A stretch of DNA of 64,000 nucleotides from Lama guanicoe (lineage: Eukaryota): contig MU053645.1 of assembly GCA_013239625.1 (NCBI GenBank), forward strand, positions 1,418,274-1,482,273. Reading direction: 5' to 3'. The notes under the pieces are model-generated. The model saw nothing but the letters and a program-made list of their open reading frames with translations, was not told the origin of the DNA and ran no database searches. The number at the start of each line of letters is the position of its first letter. The first letter of the stretch is position 1. Shown in pieces: positions 13,673-26,253 of the stretch. The position numbers and the translations under genes are program-made.

Positions 13673-15595
13673 ATTATACATCATAATCAAGTGAGGTTCA
13701 TCCCAGGGACACAAGGGTGGTTCAACATATGCAAATCAATCAATGTAATACATCACATCAACAAGAGAAAGGACAAAAACCACATGATCATCTCAATAGA
13801 TGCAGAAAAAGCATTTGATAAAATTCAACACCCATTTATGATAAAAACTCTCGCCAAAGTGGGTATAGAGAGAACATATCTCAACATAATAAAAGCTATA
13901 TATGACAAACCTACAGCCAGCATAGTACTCAATGGTGAAAAACTCAAAAGCTTCCCACTAAAATCTGAGATAAGACAAGGCTGCCCACTATCACCACTCC
14001 TATTCAACATAGTCCTGGAAGTCCTAGCCACAGCAATCAGGCAAGAGAGAGAAATAAAAGGGATCCAAATCGGAAAAGAAGAGGTAAAAGTGTCACTATA
14101 TGCAGATGACATGATACTATATACAGAAAACCCTAAAAGGTCCACACAAAAACTACTAGAGCTGATCGAACAATTCAGCAAGGTAGCAGGTTACAAGATT
14201 AACATTAAAAAATCAGTTGCATTTCTTTACACTAACAATGAATCAACAGGAAAAGAAAGTAAAGAAACAATTCCCTTTAAAATAGCACCCAAAGTAATAA
14301 AATACCTAGGAATAAATCTAATCAAGGAGGTGAAAGACTTATACATGGAAAATTATAAATCATTGAAGGAAATTAAAGAAGACTTTAAAAAATGGAAAGA
14401 TATCCCATGCTCTTGGATTGGAAGAATCAATATTGTTAAAATGGTCACACTGCCCAAGGCAATCTACAGATTTAATGCAATCCCTATCCAATTACCCAGG
14501 ACATATTTCACAGAACTAGAACAAATCATAATAAAATTTATATGGAACCATCAAAGACCTAGAATTGCCAAAGCATTACTGAAGAAAAAGAGAGAGGCTG
14601 GAGGAGTAATTCGCCAAGACTTAAGACAACACTATAGAGCTACAGTCATCAAGACAGCATGGTATTGGTACCAAAACAGACATATGGACCAATGGAACAG
14701 AATAGAGAATCCTGAAATGAACCCACAAACTTTTGGTCACCTAATCTTCGACAAAGGAGGCAAGAATATACAATGGAATAAAGACAGTCTCTTCAGCAAA
14801 TGGTGTTGGGAAAACTGGACAGCAGCATGTAAAATAATAAAGCTAGAACACACCCTNNNNNNNNNNNNNNNNNNNNNNNNNNNNNNNNNNNNNNNNNNNN
14901 NNNNNNNNNNNNNNNNNNNNNNNNNNNNNNNNNNNNNNNNNNNNNNNNNNNNNNNNNNNNNNNNNNNNNNNNNNNNNNNNNNNNNNNNNNNNNNNNNNNN
15001 NNNNNNNNNNNNNNNNNNNNNNNNNNNNNNNNNNNNNNNNNNNNNNNNNNNNNNNNNNNNNNNNNNNNNNNNNNNNNNNNNNNNNNNNNNNNNNNNNNNN
15101 NNNNNNNNNNNNNNNNNNNNNNNNNNNNNNNNNNNNNNNNNNNNNNNNNNNNNNNNNNAAATGCTGGAGAGGCTGTGGAGAAAGGGGAACCCTCCTACAC
15201 TGCTGGTGGGAATGCAGTTTGGTGCAGCCACTGTGGAAAACAGTATGGAGATTCCTCAAAAGACTAGGAATAGAGTTACCATGTGACCCAGGAATCCCAC
15301 TCCTGTGCATATACCCAGAAGGAACCCTACTTCAGGATGACATCTGCACCCCAGTGTTCATAGCAGCACTATTTACAATAGCTAAGACATGAAAACAGCT
15401 TAAATGTCCATCAACACATGACTGGATAAAGAAGAAGTGGTATATTTATACAATGGAATACTATTCAGCCATAAAAATGTCAACATAACGCCATGTGCAG
15501 CAACATGGATGTCCCTGGAGAATGTCATTCTAAGCGAAGTAAGCCAGAAAGAGACAGAAAAATACCATATGAGATCGCTCATATGTGGAATCTAA
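13673..15595 (+). pseudogene. L1 ORF2p fragment (reverse transcriptase plus CCHC knuckle), non-autonomous
   Basis: Open from 13673 to 14856 with [17 protein letters not shown] and YADD (14099-14110); after the gap [19 protein letters not shown] starts at 15159; premature TGA at 15390-15392; no endonuclease domain, ORF1 or promoter. Confidence 0.92.
14857..15158. other. Assembly gap (302 N)
   Basis: Run of N. Confidence 1.
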
Positions 15596-16374
15596 AAAAG
15601 AAGAAAAAAACATAAATACAAAACAGAAACAGACTCATAGACATAGAATACAAACTTGTGGTTGCCAAGGGGGCCAGGGGTTGGGAAGAGACAGAATGGG
15701 AATTCAAAATTCGTAGATACTGACAGGCATATGCAGAATAGATAAACAAGATTATACTGTATAGCACAGGGAAATATATACAAGATCGTGTGGTAGCTCA
15801 CAGAGAAAAAAATGTGACAATGAATATATGTATGCTCATATATAACTGAAAAATTGTGCTATACACTGGAATTTGATACAACATTGTAAAACGACTATAA
15901 CTCAATAAAAATGTTTAAAAAGAAAAAAAAAAGAAATGTGCACGACTGGTGTCACCAGCCTCTCCTGAATACTTCCTTGCCAGCCTGCTGCCCCTCCCCC
16001 GACAAAACCCCACACATTACAGCTGTTCTTCGTTGCATAGAGCACTCTTTGTCTAGAAATTGTCACAGCGTGCACTTTTCTCTGCATTCTCTCTCTGCTG
16101 TCAGTCTGTAATTAGATACTGCGTAAAGATTAGTGGGAACCAACACAAGCGATATCCCAGTCAACACTCCTGAGGGAGTGGAAACACGCTGTTGTCCAAA
16201 AACAACAACAGAGGAAGCCAAGCCCAAATCTAATCTCTTCCTAGCATACGTTGGAAAAATCCCCCACCATATTCCCTCGAAGGCAAATCTTTCTGGGGAC
16301 AGCCCTTTCCCTACCATGGCACCAGAGCCTTCCACAGGATGAGCACTAGTTCCTAGGTAGCCTTGTCCTTTGGA

Positions 16375-16407
<33 letters not shown>
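16375..16407. repeat. (CA)n microsatellite
   Basis: CA run. Confidence 0.95.
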
Positions 16408-16779
16408 TCATTCAGATGCAGAGGCAAGAAGTACCCCACAGCCCCACAGCTGCTGGTAGCAGGGTCAGGACTAGAACTCTGCCCTTTAAGCTCCAATTAG
16501 TTGCTAAGCCTGCAAAACTACAATTCACCCATAAGCTCAGCTACTCTAGTGAATAAGGGTCAAGGAAATGATCTGAACTGGGACCTGAAGTACCAGTATA
16601 ATTTGGATAAGTTTAGGTTGAGAGCAGCAAGAAGAGCATTCCCATCACATCCCTGGGGCAAAGGAACAATGAGAAGGCACAAAACACATTTGAGAGACAG
16701 TGAGCAGCTCAGTTCGACCTTAGCACTGGGTGTATGAAACACTGTGATGGGAATAAAGGCTGGTGTGCTACCTGGAGAA

Positions 16780-17010
16780 AAACACGGTGCAGTGGGCATG
16801 AGCGTGGGCTTTGGTACTAGACTGCCTAGCTGTGAACTATAGCTCCTGTGTATTCCTGGCCATGTTACTAGATCCCTGCGCCTCAGTCTCCTCATCTTGA
16901 GAATAGGGACAATAACAGAATTGTCTTACTGCTGTTTTGAGGATTCAATGAGTTAATACATAGAAACTTGAAATAGTGGTTGGCAGACAGGAAGTACTCA
17001 CCAGATGTTT
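16780..17010 (+). mobile_element. MIR, near full length
   Basis: GAGCGTGGGCTTTGG..GCCTCAGTCTCCTCATC..TGAGGATTCAATGAGTTAATACAT. Confidence 0.85.
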
Positions 17011-17072
17011 GGTGTTTTCATTACAGGGGAGACAGGTTGTGAAGCGCTTTGAATGGCAGTCTAAGAGAACAG

Positions 17073-17770
17073 TGTGGAGTCAGGTCCTGTCTTGCCCCCA
17101 GCTTCTTCACCTTCCTTCCTCATGACTGGAGCTACTTTCTGGGGGTCTCCCAGTCCAAGATGTTGACTCAGCTCTGTCTCGGGCTCTGGGATTCACCCTG
17201 ACCATAGGACAGAGGATTATCAGTCCAGGACTTGATCCTCAAGTCACTCCTTGCAGCTGGGCCATCCCTGACCTCAGGTCCCAGCTCTGAAGACTAGCCA
17301 TCCATTTCATTCTTAAGACCCAGTTGCCATTATGATTCTTCCTGAATTCTTGCCACCGCCTTTTCCCTTCACATAAGTCCCAGTGCAGGTAACCCTCATA
17401 GTCATCTCATCCTTCAAGGACTAGAGCATTGCCTGACTCTTGCCAGTTCCCTCCTTACCAAGGACACTAGTCCTGGTCCCAAGCCCTAGTCCAGTCTAAA
17501 TTGGGTCCTGCTATCTCCTGATAGATTTCCTTGATGCTGGCCAGCTCCCAGCCTGCCTATACCTTCAAGTATCTGTGCCTGGATTCTTGTCACCATGCTC
17601 CATTCATCTGTCATGAAATTCACACTACTTTGCATTGAAGTCCCTGACACAGAAGACATGCCGAGATTACTACCTGTCAAGCCCTTTTGTGCTGTGTTCT
17701 GCCTGCTGGATGGTAATTACTTCCATCACCTACACTGTATGCCCCCTAGGGTTTGCTCCTGCCCTTGGCA
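17073..17770. mobile_element. Possible ancient LTR-like insertion (unclassified)
   Basis: About 700 bp, GC-richer, bounded by TG..CA and sitting between L2-like pieces; no clean TSD. Confidence 0.25.
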
Positions 17771-18059
17771 GAAGATGTAGGAACAGATTCTGCAGGACCT
17801 CCAATGCTATACTAAGGAACTTGAACTTGATCCTAGAGACCACTTGTCTCCAGCACTTTTGGTATATCATTCTCCTGACAGCAAAGAATTTGAGCATGTA
17901 CCTCTGATTTACATATCTATTAACTAATTTATACATGATGTAGGTACTGCTATACTAATATATTATGGACATGATAGCACACACAAATATAATAATCAAA
18001 CAATGAATAAAAACATATAAATAAGAGCTCTAATGCTTTCTTTTCACCGAGGTTGTACA

Positions 18060-18300
18060 CCTTAGAAATGTCTGTGGAAGGCAGAGTGTGGAATATGGCT
18101 TGAAGAAGGCAAACATGGAGACTAGTTGAAAAGCAGATCCAGGTAAGAGATAACAGTGGCCTGAACTCTGGGCCATAATATAAGGAAAGAAATAGAGACA
18201 TGGAATAAAATGTGAACAAACCTCTTGAAAAGGTCACAGTTAAGTAGGGGAGACAAATAGGCAAAGCAACGTTATCTATGACAAATGTTCCAATCAGTTC
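18060..18300 (-). mobile_element. L2 fragment
   Basis: GGCAGAGTGTGGAATATGG..CCAGGTAAGAGATAACAGTGGCCTGAACT. Confidence 0.6.
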
Positions 18301-18309
18301 CACTATTAG

Positions 18310-18367
18310 ATCTGGGCAAGAGGAGACCTGGCCTGGGCCCTATGCCTGCAAAGACCACACATATCAC

Positions 18368-18401
<34 letters not shown>

Positions 18402-19655
18402 TGCATTTATTAAAGAATATTATAGCTGCCTCTGTCTTCCTAGATCCAGGATTCAGCTCTGTCATGGCTCGATCTATAATCCTCAATATCTACTCTCATG
18501 ACTAATGCTGTTCAGGCAATGATTTCTGTATCTCTTGACCTATGTTCTCAAAACAAAAAGCAATCGAGTCTGAATGCAATTGGGGTTTGGAGGTTGCACC
18601 TCTGCCAACTTTGAAGATTGACAATATCTTAGCATATGGGGAGGATATGGGCGGGAGAAACACATTGGTAAGAGAGAAGACAAATTAGTTGTTAAATTAA
18701 TTGTCCACATGAATACAGTAGATTCTTAAGTAAGGAAGTATTATTTCCAAACCATGCCAATCATCCATTTTCTTGTTCCCCTTTGTATTTCAGTTCACAG
18801 TTCCAGAAGTATTCATGAATTAGCTCAGTGCTTGTGACAACTGCACATGGCCACTAAAGAATATTTTGCAAAATTTATTACTCTTAATACAGACATACAG
18901 ATCTAGATGCAACAAATTTCAAACATGATACCAGTTCTTATATTGGCAACTACATGGACACTGAACATTAGACTTAATAATAGTTTTATTTTTATAAAGG
19001 CATTTAATAATTACATTTTCAAAGAATTAAATTAAAATCTTTAGTCATATTTAAATAATTTTGTTTAAAAGTTAATCTAATTATTTATAATTTTGCCTTT
19101 AATTTTAATGGGTAGTCAAATATTTCTAAAGAAAAATTACTTTTTTGAAAACATATGGAAAATAATTTTAACTTTTTTCACTTCTACATGATTTATTTTA
19201 CATTTTGTTGAGCACATAATCAAAGTTTGTACTTTGAATACAATTATATTTCATTTCATTCTTTAGATAACTACTACCCATAGAACAATTTATGTGGAAA
19301 TCTTGATTATAACAATATAATCAATGAATTTACTGACATAAAGGCAAGAAAAATAAATTTTATAGAATAAACATGTAACAATGTATTAATTATATGCCTA
19401 TATTTCATTATTCATCCTAACATCACCATCCTACCACAGAATATCCAGACATGTACAATAACAATTAAATCTAGTTGTCTTGATATTTTGTTGCCTTTTA
19501 GTCATATGAAAACATTTTATAAATTTTTTCAGTTCTGTCATTATGAAGGCATATTTGTCAAGGTAGAAAGTTAGAACAAATTTTATTTGTTAACTTGATG
19601 AATAACTATTAAATATTTAGATATAAAGTTCATGGGCCTTCATTTGTACTCTTAT
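18310..19655 (+). mobile_element. hAT-Tip100 DNA transposon remnant (Zaphod/MER115-like)
   Basis: Very AT-rich body; transposase C-terminal remnant LCGNLDYNNIINEFTDIKARKINF at 19290-19370; subterminal GGGCCTTCATTTGTACTCTT; left boundary uncertain. Confidence 0.7.
18370..18400. repeat. (CA)n microsatellite
   Basis: CA run. Confidence 0.95.
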
Positions 19656-19739
19656 TCTTATCTCAATATTTATAAAACAGTACTGTGCTGAGATGACTGG
19701 GGCTATGCTAGGAATCTGCCCTGCCATGCTTGAAGTCCT

Positions 19740-20420
19740 GTTTTGTAATGGAATTGAGGGCTCAAGAGGGTTTCTTAACTTCCTCAAGGTTACCTAGCTA
19801 ATAAGACTCAAACTCCAAAATACATTTAGGAGTATTAAGAGCACAGCCTATGCTCTTAACCATTACACTATGCTGTCCCCTGAAGAGGAGGTGTGGATCA
19901 AGAATCAAAATATTTAGGAAATTATTGTGATAGTGTAAGTGAGAAGTGATGGGGGCTTGAACTAAGGTGATAGTTGTGGAACTGTAAACAAAAGGGTCAC
20001 AGTAGACTTCTAGCAATGGGAAGGCTCATCCAGATCCCAGCCCCTCTCACTGACCACTTTTGGCTGCTGTTTAATGGGGCCAAGCCTGCCCCAAAACATC
20101 AGACTTTGACTCACGAGATCTGGTTCCAGGCCCGAGTGCTCTGTCTCACTGAGCAGCTGCTTGACTTTGGGCAAGTCACCACCCATTCTGCACCTATTAT
20201 CTTTATTTCTAGCTGTGGGATTCTATGACTGATGTGTAAGGCAAGGGGAACCACTGAGAGTTATTTTGTTTTGTTTGTACAGGACGTGATGTGACGAAAG
20301 ACGTACTTCAATCTAGAAAATTAAGTAGTAGGATACAAGGCATAGTGGGAAGAAATCAGAGACAGCTATTAGGAAATTATTACAATAGTCCAAGTAAGAG
20401 GTGGTGAGGAACTGAGTCAT
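19740..20420. mobile_element. Cluster of MIR and L2 fragments
   Basis: MIR(-) about 19740-19880, L2(-) about 19890-20000, MIR(+) about 20100-20230, L2(-) about 20240-20420. Confidence 0.55.
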
Positions 20421-20439
20421 TGCCTCTTACATCATTAAT

Positions 20440-22615
20440 ATCTTTTTCTTCTGAGTTTCCTCCACCATCGCATGTCAAGTATCTGCCATTTAAAAAAAAA
20501 TCTTCCATTGATCTAACCACTGTCCCAGGTTTCCACTCCCCTTAACTGAAATCTTGAAAGAATCATTTACAGTCACTTTCTACTTTCTCACTTCCCATTC
20601 TCTCCTCCATCTAATCCATTTGGACTTCCATCACTGAATCTGCTCTTGCTGAAGTCAGCAATGACCTCTGTGTTGCCAAATCTAACAGACATTTTCTTCT
20701 CTTTGTCCCTGTTTTCATTATCAACTGCTAATGAAAAAAGTCACCCCAAACTTAGTGGCTTAACACAACAATCAGTTATTATATTTCCCAATTTCTGAGG
20801 GTCAGATATTTGGAAACAACTCAGGTGGGTAGCTCTCATGTTTTAGAAATGGTTACAGTCAGATGATGGGTGGGGCTGGAGTCATCTGAATGCTTGTTCA
20901 TTCACATGTCTAGTGCCTATTTTGGAAAGGTTCAGACAGCCGGACACCAGAACACTTGGGGTTCCTTGGGCATCTCTCCCCACTTCAGTGTGGTCTCTTC
21001 ACCTGGCTTCTCCAGCATGGTTATGTCAAGGTAACCAAACTTCTGACATGGTGGCTCAGGTCTCCAAAGTCTTATGTCCCAAGAGAGACAGAGACAGAGA
21101 GCTGTACAGAATCTGAATTACATTTTATTACCTAGTCTCAGAAGTCATACAATGCTACTTCTATCATTCTCCGTTGGTCAGGGCAATCACAAAAGTCCAT
21201 TCAGTTTGAAAAGGAGGGGCTATAGAATCCACTTCTTAATGGGGAATTGTTAAGGTTACATTGTAACAAAAGCATGTGGAATGAGAATTATCATTATGGC
21301 CATCTTTGGAAAGTACAATCTCTCCTTCGTGAAATATGCTTTTCTCTTGGTATCTAGGCAAACATCCTGGTTTCCCTTCTACCTCAATGACTCCTCTTTC
21401 TCAGCCTCCTTTGCTTGTTATTGTTCTTTGCTTGATATCTAAATGAAGGCATTGCCCAAGGCTTGGTCCCAGTTGACTCTCTTCTTCTCTGTCTTTATTT
21501 TCTGACCCTTGGTGATCCTATCCATCTATATGGTTTTAAATGACAACTCCCAAATGTATATCTCTAGGCCTGACCTCTCCACTGAGTTCCAAATTTATAT
21601 ACCCAATTGCCTAACTGGCATTTCTCAGTGATACACATCTCAACCTTAACGTGTTCAAAACTGTAGTCTTTGTCCCCACCCTCCACCACCACCCAAGCCA
21701 AAAACCCACTACTACTGAAGTGAGTGATTTTCCTACCTCAGTAAATGTACCACAAGTTACCCAGTTCCATAAGCTCATCATTTACTCTTCATTTTCCCTC
21801 ATATCTAATAAGTAATTCATATGCAAGTCCTGTCAAATGTACACTCACAATATATCCTATATCCTTCCATATCCATCTCCAACTACCATCACCTTCGTCC
21901 AAGTCACCATAATCTCTTGCCTGGACTTTTCCAACAGCTTACAATTGGTCTTTCTGTTTGTGGTCTTGCCCTCTTACAATTCATTCCTCATACAGTAGAT
22001 GGACTATTTTTTTAAATAAATGTATATTAAATTACATAACACCCCTTCTTAAAGCTCACCAATAGCTTCCTACTGCTCTCAGGATAAAACGTAAATTCAT
22101 TCCTGAGCCTCCAGAGATCTAGTGCAGCTCAGAGCCTACAGGGTTCATAATTCTTAGTTCTTACCCTGTTCACATCTCTGACCTCATCTCCTACCATTCT
22201 CCCCCTTATTCAATATGCTGTACCTATAATGGCCTTCCTCAAACACATAGTGTTTGTTTCTGCCTCAGGGCCTTTGCACTTGCTCTTTCCTACACATCAA
22301 ATGTTCTTCTTCTGGGTCTTTGATTAGTTGGGTCTTTTTTGTCACTCAAATCTCTGCTCCAACGTCACCTCCTTGATGATGCCTTCTCTTACCATTCAGA
22401 CTAAATTAGTTTAAGTATGTGCACACACATATGCACTGTGCATCATTCTATCACATACTCATGCTTTCTTCATAACACTTACTATTATTTGAAATTATCT
22501 TTTGTTATGTGTTACTTATTTTCCTCACCATCCAGAATATAAAGTTCAATAGAGGAGAAATTTGTCTGTTTTGTTCATTGATGTGCACCACACATATTTG
22601 CTGAATAAATGAACA
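20440..22615 (+). mobile_element. Long L2 (ORF2 remnant to 3' end) split by a MaLR LTR
   Basis: AATGACCTCTGTGTTGCCAAATC, CCTGACCTCTCCACTGAGTTCCA, CCTCAGGGCCTTTGCACTTGCT; terminal ATATTTGCTGAATAAATGAA. Confidence 0.85.
20704..21325 (-). mobile_element. MLT1G/H-type MaLR solo LTR
   Basis: CACCCCAAACTTAGTGGCTTAA..GGGGCTGGAGTCATCTGAA..GGCCATCTTTGGAAAGTACAATCT. Confidence 0.85.
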
Positions 22616-24984
22616 AACCAAGTTGGGGTGGTGGTATTTTAAAGTGGCAGATGCCACAGAGGTTCTAAAGAATTGGTCTCCAGTTTGATGCTATCAACAT
22701 TTAGAGGACATCAAGGTCCCAGCCCACTTGTAAGCCCCAAAAGCCTCCAGAAATCTAAAATAAGGAAAGAAAATCTAACTTATTATCACTTTGGATGGTC
22801 CTTGACCCATTTGCACTGCCTCCTCTCAGCCTCTTTTCTCAGGTCTCTCTCTGCTTCTCTACTGTGCTTTGCTCATCCCTCGCCTTATCCTCCTCTCATT
22901 ATGTCTTCAGCACGCCTGCATGCACCCAGACATCTGTCTTAGTTCTTCTTAGAGCCCTTGGAGTTCAAAGGGTTTCTGGATGCTTCCTAGAATCCATTCT
23001 CTGTATATTCTTTTCTTCTCCGAAATCTTAGTGATAAATCCCCTTTTTTAAACAGAGTACCTGACTCAGGGTTTTGGCCAAGATGGTTGCTATAATTAAA
23101 GATTCCAGACATTCTGAATGTCAGAAAAGCATTCCCCTCTCATTCATTCAAGCAAAGCTACTCAAGAACTCTTTTCTAAGAAAGTGTTCTAATAGGTTAT
23201 GAGGTCTGCTCTAATGTCATTGATTTTAAATTCTATCATAAGTTTTAAAATAGAAATCGACTACTAGATGCGCCCTGGTGTAAATCAACTATCCCATGCT
23301 CACTTCCTGCTGAGTTGCCACCAAATCAATCCAGTTAGCCAAGTCACCATATAGAAAGAAAAATTGAAGCATGTACTTTAAACAAACTGCCTAGTTCTAA
23401 GGATACAACTAATTTGAGGCCTTTGTAGCTAAAGGAAGAGTCTAGAACAGACAATTTTCTCAACTGGATATTAACCCTAGTTCAGACTCACCCTCAAGTC
23501 TATGGACTGTATTCTGATTTTAAACTCATGACTGTTTGATTCACTGTTATTGACAGTTTAGGGCAACTGCTCAGCACCTTTTCTGCTTCATCTGTTCCAA
23601 ACTCTCAGGAAATCTGTGTGTGCTTCTGAATAAATGCTGTTTCATGCTGACTTCAAAAAACCACCTCTAGCTTCTTCTATATATTTTTATATCTAGCCAT
23701 GGTTGCTGAGAACTATGTCACTCCCCCATCTGCTCTTCCCTGGTGGTGGCACTCACAGCATTCCCCGCCCAGTGTGATACTGCAGAGAAGAATCTGTTCA
23801 GCAAGACAGACTTTGCTACAACACGGTTCCTGTCTTTTCCCTTCCTTTTTGCAATGACATGGTTCCCATCTTTTTCCTTCCTTATCCAGCCTTATTTCAC
23901 TTTGTTTACCAGCTGAGTTACCAGAGGTCGTGTGCTACTTTATCTAGTCATGGAAGCCTCTGGTTCACTCCTGAAGGATTCTTGTACCAGAGATTCTAGG
24001 ACAATGTGTGAATGAACATGATTGTAATTGCCACAGAAGGACATCCTGCTTCTTCCCCTCCCTGACAACCAGTGAGCTGCTCTCTGTGCTTCTATGATGA
24101 GAAGGAGTTTGAAGCTCAGCCTCAGGGTGAATCAGCTCATTTGAAATGGGCTCAGTGAGTACGATGCCCTAACACATCCCATCAACTAGCAAAGCAGGAA
24201 TGCGAGGGGTCAAAGGGAAGTGCTCCTGTGTGTTCAATGCAGAGGGCTGGACATGCAGAGGTTATCTGCAGCCTCACATCTGTGACTGGATGCTGCAGAT
24301 AGAACAATGAGCAAAAGGGCATAGGCAGGGGAAACAGCATATTAGGGCAAATGTCTGAGATATTTACTGGACAGTATCAGCACCAAAGATTTATAAGTCC
24401 TCTAATGTCTTTATTCATCACTATAAATTTTGCTGTTCAAAAGAAGAATCACACGAGACTGAACTTAGGCTGTCTCCCCACCTCTACCACACTCTCCTCA
24501 AACCAGAAGGGCAGAAGAGGGCTTGGAGTTCTCCCAGCACACTCCGCTCCTCAAAAGTGATGGAACCAGACCCCAGCTGATGCTCTGCTTGGGACCCACC
24601 ATATGGGAAGATCTCAGAAATCCATCAGATGGGGATTCTGATGGTTTGGCCTGCTTGAGAGGGCAGTAACTGAGAAATGGGTCTTTCAGGCACCCATATG
24701 CACTATGCAGCTTTGTCCATGATGCCCTGGCCGAATCAAAAGGGAGTCTTCCCCGAAACTCCCTTCTTAAGTCAAAGCTGACTCACTTGGAAAACTTTAA
24801 AAAGGAAGTCCAATAGTGACTTTCAATTCAGGGTTCTCCCACCTCCATTCTCCTTTCCGTGGGCACATCATTAATCCAGCCACCAGACATAACCCATTCA
24901 CTTCGGTTCCTCGCTCCACTCTATCCTGATTATTAGCACGCATTCTTGTGACACTTTGTTCTAGATTCCAATAGGAACATCATA

Positions 24985-24994
24985 TACACATGCA

Positions 24995-25028
<34 letters not shown>
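24985..25028. repeat. (CA)n microsatellite
   Basis: Imperfect then pure CA run. Confidence 0.9.
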
Positions 25029-25289
25029 GAACTCTTTTTGGTTTATTGCCTCTAAATAAAGACTTTTGAATAATTTTTCCAGTCCCCATCAAAAATTCAA
25101 ACTCTGTATCACATTCCCACTTTGATTTCTTATGAATTCTATTCAAAATAAACCTCTTCATTCTCCTCTTAAAAAAAACCCTCTCTTCTACCTCTCCTAC
25201 TTGTGAAAAATACTAAAGACCTCATGTTAACTTTTAGCAGAGACAGTGGCAGGGAATCAGAGCAGCCAAATACAAAGAATTCTCATCTA

Positions 25290-25410
25290 TCTGGAACAAC
25301 AGAGGCGTGGAGTTCAGACCTTTCTCGGGGTAATTCTTGGCAAATCTCCTTCTCTCTCTGGGACTCAGTTTCCTCAATGTAAGATTAAGACATTTGACTT
25401 TCATTAGAAA
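25290..25410 (+). mobile_element. MIR fragment
   Basis: GGCAAATCTCCTTCTCTCTCTGGGACTCAGTTTCCTCAATGTAA. Confidence 0.6.
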
Positions 25411-26142
25411 AGCTAGTTTCTGACCTAAGGGTCACCAGGTAGCCTTTGGCTGAGAATTTTTAGTTTTCTCATTGTTACTTGATGGCCTACGGAGCTTCAC
25501 TGAACGTAACGTCAGGTGAAGGCATTGGGAAGGCCACTTCCTCCTTCTAGGGAAAAAACAGATTCTCCCTATTTGCTTGCCTTATTGACAGAATTTCCAA
25601 CAGTTTTGCTGCCTCTAAGCAGCTTCTTTTAAAATGTGTATCATTCCAGAAACAGTAGCATGTTAAGCTGTCATCAGCCAAGAAACTGTAAGCTTATTGA
25701 ATGCAAGGGTGAAATTAAAAGGGAAAAATGAGTTTGTTACACTTGGATGCTACCAAGTAGAGCAGATCTTAGCCAGCAGGGGACACACAAGGGCTTTGGG
25801 CATGGCATGGGAAGAGGATAGGGTTCCATTATCAGGGCATCACCTTCTCCAACAGTCGACTACCAAATAGAAGAACTTGGGCCTTTTTTGATTTCTCCTA
25901 AAAACAATCTTCTTTCCTTCCTCATGTCAGCACAGTTATATGCTGATAGAACAAATTGGCAAGACAATATTAGATCAAACAGCAATCAGTCCTGCCCAGA
26001 TAATTAAACATGTACTAGAATTAGATGAAGACAATGAAGACGTCCTGATAGAGGACAGCAAGCCAGGCACTTTGCCATCTCTGGAACCCAAATTTTCTCC
26101 AACTTTATAAGTTTGCAAATCTATAAATTAAGCCCAGCAATG

Positions 26143-26253
26143 GATCCACCCTTGGAACAGCCCACCTCCTGTTCTTGGAGGTGTACTTCCCCTTTGCTAA
26201 ATAAAGCCTTTAAAATCTTTCGTTACACACACAGAGACACACACACAAACCCA
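26143..26253 (+). mobile_element. Short retrocopy of an LTR-like R region with decayed tail
   Basis: AATAAA at 26200-26205, A/C-rich tail from 26225, direct repeat CCCAGCAATG at 26133-26142 and 26254-26263. Confidence 0.6.

Larger units (their letters stand above)
13673..15928 (+). mobile_element. Young 5'-truncated LINE-1 (camelid type)
   Basis: RT region, zinc knuckle, 3'UTR, AATAAA and A-tail; 15-bp TSD AAAAGAAATG(G/T)GCAC at 13658-13672 and 15929-15943. Confidence 0.95.

Noticed and set aside
13634..15286. 550-aa ORF as a functional gene
   Set aside because: It is a 5'-truncated L1 ORF2. The first 13 codons are flanking DNA and TSD, the frame runs through Ns, the post-gap translation is off-frame, and the true frame has a stop at 15390.
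24369..24392. REST/RE1 site (GGACAG and TCAGCACC)
   Set aside because: The half-sites are in reversed order and the canonical right half is absent.
24622..24644. Hairpin CCATCAGA/TCTGATGG as a miRNA or terminator
   Set aside because: Only an 8-bp stem with a 7-nt loop, far too short for a pre-miRNA, and expected by chance in 64 kb.
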